DNA of 64,000 bases from Leptospirillum sp. (GTDB lineage Bacteria > Nitrospirota > Leptospirillia > Leptospirillales > Leptospirillaceae), in NCBI GenBank assembly GCA_037442005.1, contig JBBIRA010000001.1, forward strand, positions 9,454 to 73,453, written 5' to 3'. A model generated the notes under the pieces. The model was not told the origin of the DNA and ran no database searches. It saw only the letters and a program-made list of their open reading frames with translations. Each line of letters begins with the position of its first letter. Positions within the stretch are counted from its first letter, which is position 1. Positions 9,340 to 17,992 of this stretch are shown here, one piece after another. A program made the position numbers and the translations under genes.

Positions 9340-10733
9340 TGGCAGGAATCGGTTTTGCGCTCAGGAAGCTTCTGGTCCGGGACGAGATGTCTTCCATTCT
9401 GACGGGTTTTTTCCTCTCAGCGGTGGTGGCCGCCGGTCCCTGGATCCTGACTTCCGTCGGTCTTCTGATCATCGGGTTCATCGGGGTTTCTTCTTTTTCC
9501 GATTATGACCGCTATCTTGAGTTCCGTTCCATTGTGACCTTCCTGTTTGCGTCAACCCTGATTCTGACCGCCCCGCTGCAAGTCCCCATGACCCGCTATA
9601 TGGCGGATCTGTTTTACCGGAAAAACTATTCCCGGGTTCGTTCCTTGCTGATCACGTCCGTTGTGATGGCTTTGGGGATCGCGTTCATTCCGGGGATAAC
9701 GGGGCTTCTTTTCCTCAGGCTGCCGTTGGGAGAGTCTTTGGCGGTTCTTGACCTGTTTTTCATTCTTCTTGCTCTTTGGATCACCTCCTCATTTGTGTCA
9801 ACGCTTAAGGACTACAATGCCGTAGGCTTGGCTTTTCTGACCGGTAATCTGATCAGTATAGGCGGTGTTTTTTTCGGCGCCCGGATGGGTGATGTGACCG
9901 GAGGCATTCTCGGGTATGCACTGGGGCAGGGAATGATCCTGACGGTTCTCATCGCACGTCTGTTGATCGAATTTCCGGGAGACTTTTTCTGGGATGCCGA
10001 TGGAGTGGCCTTTTTCCGCCATCGATTGGATCTTGCCCTGATCGGTATCTTTTTTTCCGCCGGAGTCTGGGTGGACAAGATTCTTTACTGGTATGGCCCC
10101 GGATCAAGGGCGGTGGTGGGTTTTATCCGGATGAACAAGGAATATGATGTGGGAATGTTTTTTGCGCTTCTTCTGGTCATTCCGACGCTGGCTTTGTTTG
10201 TTGCCTACTTTGAGACAGGTTTTTATGAACAATACCGGTTTTTCTTTCTGGTTGTTCACGGGGGGTATCCCCTGTCTGAAATCGGGGTTGCCAAAGAAAA
10301 GATGATCCAGTTTCTTCGAAGAGCGTTGGCCTTTGTGATCAAGATCCAGGGAGCCGTGACCGTTCTGGTGCTTTTGAATGCCCATCATATGCTGAGTTTT
10401 TTTCACGCGGACCTTCTGGCCCTTCCCGTATTCCGGATCGGGTCGATCGGTGCACTCATGCAGGTTCTGTTTGTTCTGGAAACAACCCTTTTACTGTACC
10501 TGAACCGGGGTGATATTGTGCTGAAACTCTGTGGCGGTCTTTTTGTTCTGAATCTGGCGCTGACCCTTTTTTTCATGAAGATGGGATCTCAGGAAGAAGG
10601 GCTCGGGTATTTTTTTTCCTGCTTCCTGGTGACCCTTTGGGGGTACTTCCATCTGGACAGAGCTTTTCTGGATTTTGAATATACAATCTTTATGAGACAG
10701 CCCCTTTCTCCAGATGGGCGGGCTGAATCATGA
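9339..10733 (+). CDS. pelG: PelG exopolysaccharide transporter
   Basis: 'MAGIGFALRKL', 'AGPW', 'TRYMADLFY', 'GVWVDKI', ~12 TMs. Confidence 0.95.
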   Translation: MAGIGFALRKLLVRDEMSSILTGFFLSAVVAAGPWILTSVGLLIIGFIGVSSFSDYDRYLEFRSIVTFLFASTLILTAPLQVPMTRYMADLFYRKNYSRVRSLLITSVVMALGIAFIPGITGLLFLRLPLGESLAVLDLFFILLALWITSSFVSTLKDYNAVGLAFLTGNLISIGGVFFGARMGDVTGGILGYALGQGMILTVLIARLLIEFPGDFFWDADGVAFFRHRLDLALIGIFFSAGVWVDKILYWYGPGSRAVVGFIRMNKEYDVGMFFALLLVIPTLALFVAYFETGFYEQYRFFFLVVHGGYPLSEIGVAKEKMIQFLRRALAFVIKIQGAVTVLVLLNAHHMLSFFHADLLALPVFRIGSIGALMQVLFVLETTLLLYLNRGDIVLKLCGGLFVLNLALTLFFMKMGSQEEGLGYFFSCFLVTLWGYFHLDRAFLDFEYTIFMRQPLSPDGRAES

Positions 10734-10794
10734 AGTTCCACTATCGGGGGTCATTTGGTTTGACACCATCTTTTGAGGGGGTGATAATCCGTTC

Positions 10795-11538
10795 ATGGCA
10801 AAAAGAGAAGTCATCGAAACATCCATTATCCGGGTTATTCCTGAAACTCCGAGGGTGAACACATTTCGGCTTGGCCTGTCTCCCGGGTCATTTTCCTTTA
10901 AACCCGGCCAGTTCCTGATGGCTTCCATTCCGGATTTCCTCCGGGAGGATGGAAAACCTGTCCGTCGTGCGTATTCCATTGCCTCATCCCCATTGGACAT
11001 TGAACAGGGTTATGTGGAACTGACGATTACCAGGGTGGGGGAGGGAGGATACTTTTCAAACCGGATCCACGAATCGAAAGAGGGAGACCCTGTTCTTATT
11101 GAAGGGCCTTATGGAAAATCATTCCATCTTGATTATCCTCCGGCGAATTTTCCCGAATCGTATCTCTTTGTCGGTTCCGGGTCAGGGATTGCTCCGCTGC
11201 GCTCGATGATCCGGACTCTTCTCCGGGAACAATGTCCTGTTCCGCTCAGACTGTTTTACGGGTACAGAAACAGCTCTGACTGTATTTATGAGCCGGAAAT
11301 GAGCGAGTGGGAGGAAAAAGGGGTTTCCCTGAGCCTCGCACTTTCCGGCCACTCTGCGCTCCCTCCAGGGTTTTCGGGGACGACAGGCAGGATTACGACT
11401 GTTCTGCCTCAAGAAATTTCAGGGTATTCCGGGGAAGATGTTTATATTTGTGGTCCACCTGCCATGGTGGGTGAGACGGTAAACTTTTTCCAGACAGAGG
11501 GGTTTCCGGAAGATCGTGTTCACAAGGAGCAGTGGTGA
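10795..11538 (+). CDS. FAD/NAD(P)-binding oxidoreductase (FNR family)
   Basis: 'FKPGQF', 'RAYSIASSP', 'GYFS', 'EGPYG', 'GSGIAP', 'YICGPPAMV', terminal 'HKEQW'. Confidence 0.9.
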   Translation: MAKREVIETSIIRVIPETPRVNTFRLGLSPGSFSFKPGQFLMASIPDFLREDGKPVRRAYSIASSPLDIEQGYVELTITRVGEGGYFSNRIHESKEGDPVLIEGPYGKSFHLDYPPANFPESYLFVGSGSGIAPLRSMIRTLLREQCPVPLRLFYGYRNSSDCIYEPEMSEWEEKGVSLSLALSGHSALPPGFSGTTGRITTVLPQEISGYSGEDVYICGPPAMVGETVNFFQTEGFPEDRVHKEQW

Positions 11539-11636
11539 GCCGATCCCTCCTCCCGATTGGGAAAATGGATGATAACTGTGCTTTACCCGCCTGATTCCGG
11601 TCTTGGGGGGTGGCGTTAAAGAAGGGAGTTGTTCTG

Positions 11637-12659
11637 ATGACTGAGGTCGCAACCCATGTCAAATCGGGAGGAACCTCTTCGGGTCGCCCTTCTTCATGGC
11701 GGTGGAATGTGGGGCTTGTCATTTTCCTGATGATGATCATTCCGAGTTCGGTCATGGTCATCCTGTACTATCGGGAAGTGATGGCGACCTATTATGTTAC
11801 GAGAAATCCGCTTCCCAAATCGGCCCGGGATATGGCTTCGGGGCTGGACCAGATTGTGATTTCCGATATCAGGGATACGCTGGCGTTGGGAAATCAGCTG
11901 GCAAACACTGAACTTCTGAAGAGCCCCGATAAGGTCAGGGATCTTCTGGCCCGGTATGTGATGTCCGGCCACCTCCAGCGATTTGGAGGATGGGAGGTAA
12001 CAGATCCTTCCGGACAACAGATTCTTGGAGGGGTTGGCAATCGGGGGATGGAGCCTCATCGGGCCCAGGCACAAGCCCTGATTGCGGATCTGAAATCGGA
12101 AGGGGGCGCTGCCCGTTTATCCGAACCGGTTGTGGACCCCGTCAATCATCTCTCGTTCCTGTTGGTTGCTGTTCCAATCCTGCACAAAGGGCAGACTTCG
12201 GACGAACGGCCACTGGGGTATCTTGTGGGGATTGAAAATCTGACGACCACCCTTGAGCCCTACCTGTTTCAGCCCCGGAAAAAAGGGGCCCCCGGCCTCT
12301 CCTACATAGCATCCACCGATGGAGACATTCTGGCCAGCTCCCGCGATCTTCTTGTAGGACAAAAAATGGACAAAATCGGCCTTTCACCGGTTCTCGATCG
12401 TTTCCGTCAGGGTGTTTCGGGTGGGTACAAGGCATACGTCCGTGGCACACGATACCTTTTTGGGACAGCATTGATGAGTGATACGCAGGGCATTGCCCCC
12501 CATCCCTGGATGGTGGTGCTTCAGGCCCCGGAGGATGTGGTGATGGTCAAGGCCAAACGCATGAGATTCGTGATGGATCTGGTGGCCTTTGTCGTCGCGC
12601 CGACATTGTTCTGCGTCGATCTCTTTTTCCTGTTCCGGAGCATCCGCTCCAGTCGCTGA
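11637..12659 (+). CDS. Membrane protein with periplasmic dCache domain and no cytoplasmic output domain
   Basis: TM, then 'LSEPVVDPVNH..LLVAVPI..GYLVG', 'SYIASTDGDILA', 'PWMVVLQAP', second TM, very short tail. Confidence 0.7.
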   Translation: MTEVATHVKSGGTSSGRPSSWRWNVGLVIFLMMIIPSSVMVILYYREVMATYYVTRNPLPKSARDMASGLDQIVISDIRDTLALGNQLANTELLKSPDKVRDLLARYVMSGHLQRFGGWEVTDPSGQQILGGVGNRGMEPHRAQAQALIADLKSEGGAARLSEPVVDPVNHLSFLLVAVPILHKGQTSDERPLGYLVGIENLTTTLEPYLFQPRKKGAPGLSYIASTDGDILASSRDLLVGQKMDKIGLSPVLDRFRQGVSGGYKAYVRGTRYLFGTALMSDTQGIAPHPWMVVLQAPEDVVMVKAKRMRFVMDLVAFVVAPTLFCVDLFFLFRSIRSSR

Positions 12660-12665
12660 TTGCTG

Positions 12666-13835
12666 ATGGCCCTTCCTCTTCCGCCTGTCTCAAAAGTCGG
12701 TTTTGTCGGTGCAAGCCGCTTCACCCTTCCAATGGTTCGCTGGATGGTTGAAAAGGGGTACCCCGTCATCTGGGTTGATCAGAGCTTTAATGCGCTTGAA
12801 GAAAGCCTTGCCCTGTTTCGCCGGGAACTCAATGAAGAAGAGCGCCAGGGAGAGCGGACCGCGGCGCGGACCGCTCATGTATCCAGCCTTCTCTCCGGAT
12901 CAACCAGTCTCTTTGACCTTGTCGGATGTGATCTTGTCATTGATGGAACCAGGGATCCGATTGAAGGCAAGATCGCATTGGCCCGATCGCTTGAAGAGCT
13001 TCTGGGTGACCGGGTCCTTCTGGGTGTTTTTATCGGGTCCCTGACCGTCTCGCATATTGGTTCCAGAATCCGCCATCCTAACCGGGTCATTGGCCTTCGG
13101 CCCGTCGGTCTTCCTCCCCGTGTTCTGAAAAGTTTTGAAATTCTGTCGGGTGTTGAAACATCGTCCGAGAGTGTTTCCCGTATGTCGGATTTTTCCCGGA
13201 TGCTTGGTCTTGAGCCTGCCCTTGTCCGGGAGGGGCCCGGTGGAATCGTCAATCGTCTGCTGGCCCGGCTGTTTTCCGAAACACTTCTTCTGCCTCGCCA
13301 GATCCGTGGGGAACACCAGGCCATCGATCAGTCTCTGGCCAAATCAGGATTATCCCTGTACCCATTTGAAATGATGCGGAAACTGGGAGAATCCGAAGTC
13401 CGGGGAATGATCTCTTTTTTCAGACGGTATTATGGTCCTTCGTTTCCTGACCCGGAAGAGCTTCCTTTAAGCTCGGCGATGACGTCCGGTTCTCTCCATG
13501 AAGATGCCGATGCGTTTAACCGGGAAGCCACCCAGGGAGGGCGGACGATTTCCCTCTCCGACTGGGCAGATGGTGTCCTTCTGGCGTTAATAAATGAAGC
13601 GGTCCAGATTGTTTCGGAAGGAATCAGTGATGAGGAGACGGTGGACCGGATCACCCGGATCACCTTTCTGGGGGATGATGGCCACTCGGGGCTTCTCACA
13701 AAAGGGTCCCGGAAAGGGTGGCCCCTGATCCTGTCGGGACTGTGGGACTATTCCCGGAGAACGGAGGGGAGGATCTGGCCTTCGTCAACGCTTCAGCTCT
13801 GGGCGGCCTCGTCAAGAGAAAGCCCGCCGTCATGA
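12666..13835 (+). CDS. Degenerate 3-hydroxyacyl-CoA dehydrogenase-like protein
   Basis: Fold cues 'KVGFVGA', 'GCDLVID', 'RHPNRVIGL', 'PGGIVNRLL', 'LINEAVQIVSEGI'; catalytic HFFNP absent. Confidence 0.7.
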   Translation: MALPLPPVSKVGFVGASRFTLPMVRWMVEKGYPVIWVDQSFNALEESLALFRRELNEEERQGERTAARTAHVSSLLSGSTSLFDLVGCDLVIDGTRDPIEGKIALARSLEELLGDRVLLGVFIGSLTVSHIGSRIRHPNRVIGLRPVGLPPRVLKSFEILSGVETSSESVSRMSDFSRMLGLEPALVREGPGGIVNRLLARLFSETLLLPRQIRGEHQAIDQSLAKSGLSLYPFEMMRKLGESEVRGMISFFRRYYGPSFPDPEELPLSSAMTSGSLHEDADAFNREATQGGRTISLSDWADGVLLALINEAVQIVSEGISDEETVDRITRITFLGDDGHSGLLTKGSRKGWPLILSGLWDYSRRTEGRIWPSSTLQLWAASSRESPPS

Positions 13836-14743
13836 AGGGAATTTCCCTTCCGATTGTTTCCGCCTCCCGCCGAACGGATATTCCTGCCTTTTATGGTGAC
13901 TGGTTCAATCAGAGAATAGTGGAAGGCTATGTTGATGTCCCCAATCCCTTCAATAAAAAAATGACCCGTGTTTCCCTGAGGCCCGGAGAAGTCGCCGGTT
14001 ACGTCTTCTGGTCCAGGAATCCGGCGCCATTTCTGCCAGTCCTCAGGCGACTCGTTGATCGGGGAGAACGGGTTCTTTTCCACGTGACCGTGACGGGGTT
14101 GCCCAGGGAGGCAGAGAAACGGATCCCTCCGGTGGACCATGTGGTGAAGGGAATCATGGGGTTGTCCGGAATGTTGCCAAAGGAGGCCATCATCTGGCGG
14201 TTTGATCCCATGCTATCTCCAGAAGGGGGTTACCGGGGAGAGTTCCGGCGACGGTTTCTCTCGATTGCGCAAAGACTCGCTCCTTTGGTCGACAGGGTCA
14301 TGGTCAGTTTCCTTGATCCGATGAGAAAAACCCGGAGGAACTTTCCGGAAGGGTCGACGTGGTGGCCGTCGGAACAAACGGTTTCACAAAAGGATGAAAT
14401 CCGGGAAACACTTTTCTGGATGCAGGAAGAAACACCGGTTCGGGGTCGGATCTTCCTCTGCAGTGAGCCGGATTATGAAGCGATGATTCCGGCCGGTTTC
14501 TGTATCCGTGCCACTGATTTGAACCGGGCCTGGCCGGAGTTTTCCCCATTGATCGAGTCCCCTTCCGCGCCGACCCGTCCTGGTTGCGGTTGTGACCGGG
14601 CGATTGATATCGGCGTTTATGATACCTGTCCGGGGGGGTGCCGTTATTGTTATGCGGTTTCCTCTCCGGACCAAGTTCTTGAGCGGTCGAAGAATTTTGA
14701 TCCGATGGCACAATCGTTGGGTGTCCTTCGGGAGAACCATTGA
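13832..14743 (+). CDS. DUF1848 family (radical-SAM-like) protein
   Basis: 'IVSASRRTDIPAFY', 'IIWRFDP', 'RPGCGC..DIGVYDTCPGGCRYCYA'; ATGA overlap. Confidence 0.9.
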   Translation: MKGISLPIVSASRRTDIPAFYGDWFNQRIVEGYVDVPNPFNKKMTRVSLRPGEVAGYVFWSRNPAPFLPVLRRLVDRGERVLFHVTVTGLPREAEKRIPPVDHVVKGIMGLSGMLPKEAIIWRFDPMLSPEGGYRGEFRRRFLSIAQRLAPLVDRVMVSFLDPMRKTRRNFPEGSTWWPSEQTVSQKDEIRETLFWMQEETPVRGRIFLCSEPDYEAMIPAGFCIRATDLNRAWPEFSPLIESPSAPTRPGCGCDRAIDIGVYDTCPGGCRYCYAVSSPDQVLERSKNFDPMAQSLGVLRENH

Positions 14744-15210
14744 ACAAAGGAGGCTCCTTGGAACAGGAAATCCGATTTCTGCTGCGCTCTCCCAGAAGTA
14801 CGCTGGGCGGTTATTGTTTTCTTCCCCGGTTGATCGACAAGGTCCGTCTGCAGGAAAAGGGGGCACTTCCTCCCCAATACCATGAGAACCTCCTGAAACC
14901 CGGCCGGACATTTGATGGTCGTCTGATGGAGTTTATCGGGGTCGCTCCTGAGGATTTGCGAAGAATCATCCTGGAATCCCGAAATGACGAAGAGGTTCTC
15001 GAAAGGGTGATCAAAGTCGGGTTAAAGAAGACGGGTCAGGAAAAAAAGGACTGGATCGAGTCCATTCGCAAGGACCGTCCGGTCCCGGAGAGAGCTTCGG
15101 CGAGAAAAATCCACTACCCGGAAGTTGCAATCAAATACGACGTCTCCGGACTCTCCCCGTTTGATCTCGTTGATCTTGACGAAGTCCGGATCTCCACGCC
15201 TCAGGATTGA
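14740..15210 (+). CDS. DUF5069 family protein
   Basis: 'RSPRSTLGGYCFLPRLIDKVR', 'DGRLMEFIGV', 'FDLVDLDE'. Confidence 0.75.
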   Translation: MNKGGSLEQEIRFLLRSPRSTLGGYCFLPRLIDKVRLQEKGALPPQYHENLLKPGRTFDGRLMEFIGVAPEDLRRIILESRNDEEVLERVIKVGLKKTGQEKKDWIESIRKDRPVPERASARKIHYPEVAIKYDVSGLSPFDLVDLDEVRISTPQD

Positions 15211-15254
15211 GGGTAAAACCCGTTTGTGAGAAAGGGGGCTTTACCCTTGGTTCT

Positions 15255-15899
15255 TTATTTGATCAGTCTCTTGAGAAGGGGCGGGTAGACTTTCTTTTCA
15301 GCGGCGGACCAGAGCATCACATAGTGGCTGACAAGAAGCAGGTGCTTGCCGGCAAGGGGAAGCGGAAGTTCTTGTGGAAAGTGTTCCATTCCCTTGATTT
15401 CTCCGACGGCGGTAATGAGGTTTCCCGTGCCGACGGCGGGAACATTGTTGTCATTGTTTCCGAAGACAATCAGTCCACTTTTTTCCGGATTCAGTTTGGG
15501 TTTTGTCTGGCCGATCATTTTCAGGGAGGGGACAAACAGGATAAAGGTATCCTGACTGGTGACCTCTTTTGTTTTCTGTTTCCGGGTCAGCTTTTTCGGA
15601 AAGGAGTCTTCTGTCAGGGGCAGGGCCCTGACCAGAAAAATTTGCCCGACAGGGGAATCGGTTCTGCGGATGATCTGCCCTCCCAGAACGGCGATATTGC
15701 CAATCGGAAGGGGTGATGTCTTCAGGATGGAATGAAGGTCATCCGGCGTTTTTTTGGTGACGAAGACGGTCATCTGTTCGGGGGCTTCCTGCGTTGTGCA
15801 TCCGGCCAGTCCAATTATTCCCGTTATTCCCGCAGAGGTGCACAATAAGGCCATCATCCAGAAAGAGCGAAAAATTCGGAATTGTTGGGTTTGTATCAT
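15255..15899 (-). CDS. Slp/YeaY-like outer-membrane lipoprotein
   Basis: Lipobox LAGC; 'VLGGQII', 'LPL', 'GNLITAVGEIKG', 'VMLW'. Confidence 0.6.
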   Translation of the reverse strand: MIQTQQFRIFRSFWMMALLCTSAGITGIIGLAGCTTQEAPEQMTVFVTKKTPDDLHSILKTSPLPIGNIAVLGGQIIRRTDSPVGQIFLVRALPLTEDSFPKKLTRKQKTKEVTSQDTFILFVPSLKMIGQTKPKLNPEKSGLIVFGNNDNNVPAVGTGNLITAVGEIKGMEHFPQELPLPLAGKHLLLVSHYVMLWSAAEKKVYPPLLKRLIK

Positions 15900-16138
15900 T
15901 CTGTTTCCTCATGGTTTTTAATCGTGTTGCTTTTTTGGGATGATGGATTGTCGCTGGGGCACTGACCGTCTGGCTGGCCGGATTAACCAACTCCAGGTAT
16001 GGCCAAGTATGGCCTTGTTCGGCTGACTGCCTATTATAGCAGGGATCGAACGGGGATCCAATGAGTTCGGGTTTTCTGGCATGTTATTGAAGATACCGGG
16101 GAGTTCCGGATCGATAGGGGATTGAGAGGGGGGAACGT

Positions 16139-16957
16139 TTGGGAAATGAGGCGATCAGGCAGGGGTGGAACAAGGCGGCGGAGGGGTATCGAAATCACCT
16201 AGGACATCAGCTCGAACGGATCGGGGAGCACCTTGAACGGATCCTTCCCCGGGAGATTCCTGGACCGGTTCTTGATCTTGCCTGCGGTCCGGGAACCGTT
16301 CTTTTCCAACTCTCCCGGACAAGAGGAGGAATTCAGGGAGTCGGATGTGATTTTTCCCTGGAAATGGGGAAACTGGCCCGCGCCCGGAATCAGGGTGCCC
16401 AGGCTGTTGTGGCCGATCAGGATCGACTTCCATTCCGGAGGGAAATCTTTGGCGGGATTGTCTCATCGATGGGAACGATTTTTTCCTCGAATCATGACCT
16501 CCAGCTCCGGGAGATCGGATCCATATTGAAACAAGGAGGTGTTTTTGCTTTTTCCGCCTGGGGAAAGAGGGAAGATTGCGGGTTGAGACGGGTCTCGGAA
16601 TCGGTGACGATGGCATGGCCCCATGGATCACCAGAGGCGGTTCCTCCACTGGATTCCCCTTTCGCCGCAGGAGAGAGTGAGTGGCTGACGACCGTTGCCG
16701 GCGAATCCGGTCTGGTATTAAAAAGGGCGGTCAGCGACGAGCTGGTGTTTTCATTCGACAGTGTGTTCGAAGCGGCAAAGTCTCTTTTTCATACAGGGCG
16801 TTTTGCCCTGTTGCTCAGCAATCATCCGGAACGGGAAGAAGAGCTTTTTCAGCTGACCATGGAACATTTCCGTCCCTTTCAGGAGCTCTCGGGGAAAGTC
16901 AGTCTTTCCAACCGGTATCATCTGTTTCTTTTCAACAAATCGGAAGCTGTTGCATAA
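16139..16957 (+). CDS. Class I SAM-dependent methyltransferase
   Basis: 'VLDLACGPG', 'GCDFS', 'ADQDRLPF', 'LKQGG'. Confidence 0.85.
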   Translation: MGNEAIRQGWNKAAEGYRNHLGHQLERIGEHLERILPREIPGPVLDLACGPGTVLFQLSRTRGGIQGVGCDFSLEMGKLARARNQGAQAVVADQDRLPFRREIFGGIVSSMGTIFSSNHDLQLREIGSILKQGGVFAFSAWGKREDCGLRRVSESVTMAWPHGSPEAVPPLDSPFAAGESEWLTTVAGESGLVLKRAVSDELVFSFDSVFEAAKSLFHTGRFALLLSNHPEREEELFQLTMEHFRPFQELSGKVSLSNRYHLFLFNKSEAVA

Positions 16958-16994
16958 TGAGTGTCAGAACTCCCACGGGAGCTCCTGACGGTCG

Positions 16995-17969
16995 TCAGCG
17001 GGCGGATCGATTTTCAAATTGCCAGCCATGCCGGATAATGGTTTCGATTTCCGGATAAAGAGGCTTCCATCCAAGTTCTTTCCGGATTTTCTGGCTGTCG
17101 GCCACCAGTCTTGGCGGGTCTCCCGGCCGGCGGGCCCCTTCCACGATCCTGATTGTTTTTCCTGTGACCCGCTGGGCTGCATGGATCACTTCAAGGACAG
17201 AGAACCCCTGACCGTTTCCCAGGTTGAATGCGGTGGATTGTCCCCCCGACTCGAGGTATAAAAGGGCCAGAAGGTGGGCATCGCAAAGATCGGACACATG
17301 AATATAGTCCCGGATGCAGGTTCCGTCGGGGGTCTCGTAGTCTTTCCCGAACACGGTAATGGAGTCTCGTTCTCCGGTCGCCGCTTTCAGGATCAGGGGA
17401 ATCAGATGGGTTTCCGGATGATGGCGTTCGCCAATCAGTCCCCGGGGGTCGGCACCGGCTGCGTTGAAATACCGGAGCGCAACGCTTTGAAGCCCATATG
17501 CGTTTTGGTAGTCCGCCAGAATCTCTTCGACCATCAGCTTAGAGCGGCCATAGGGATTGACGGGAGATCGGGGGTGCCCCTCGTCAATGGGTGTCCGGAC
17601 CGGTTCCCCAAAGATGGCTGCCGTTGAAGAAAAGATGAATTTCCGGATGCCTCTCTTGATCATTCCATCAAGAAGGGTCAATGTTCTGGCCACATTGTTC
17701 TGAAAGTATTTGGCGGGGGTAGTGACGGACTCTCCCACCTGAATGAATGAGGCGAAATGCATGACCGCGTCAAAGGATGTTTCTCCCAGAATGCGGTCAA
17801 GAAGCGCGCTGTCGCCAATGTCACCGCAGATAAAAGGGGTGGAGGCAACAGCGTCCCGATGACCATTTGAGAGATTGTCAAGAACGACGACCTGATGTCC
17901 TTTTTGTTCCAGCAGAAAGACCATGTGGGAGCCAATATAGCCTGCCCCACCTGTGACCAGGATCCGCAT
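16995..17969 (-). CDS. galE: UDP-glucose/GlcNAc 4-epimerase
   Basis: 'TGGAGYIGSH', 'FSSTAA', 'YGRSK', 'LRYFNAAGA', 'DGTCIRDYIHV', 'RRPGDP'. Confidence 0.95.
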   Translation of the reverse strand: MRILVTGGAGYIGSHMVFLLEQKGHQVVVLDNLSNGHRDAVASTPFICGDIGDSALLDRILGETSFDAVMHFASFIQVGESVTTPAKYFQNNVARTLTLLDGMIKRGIRKFIFSSTAAIFGEPVRTPIDEGHPRSPVNPYGRSKLMVEEILADYQNAYGLQSVALRYFNAAGADPRGLIGERHHPETHLIPLILKAATGERDSITVFGKDYETPDGTCIRDYIHVSDLCDAHLLALLYLESGGQSTAFNLGNGQGFSVLEVIHAAQRVTGKTIRIVEGARRPGDPPRLVADSQKIRKELGWKPLYPEIETIIRHGWQFENRSAR

Positions 17970-17992
17970 TTTCTTTTCTCCAGTTGATCCGA

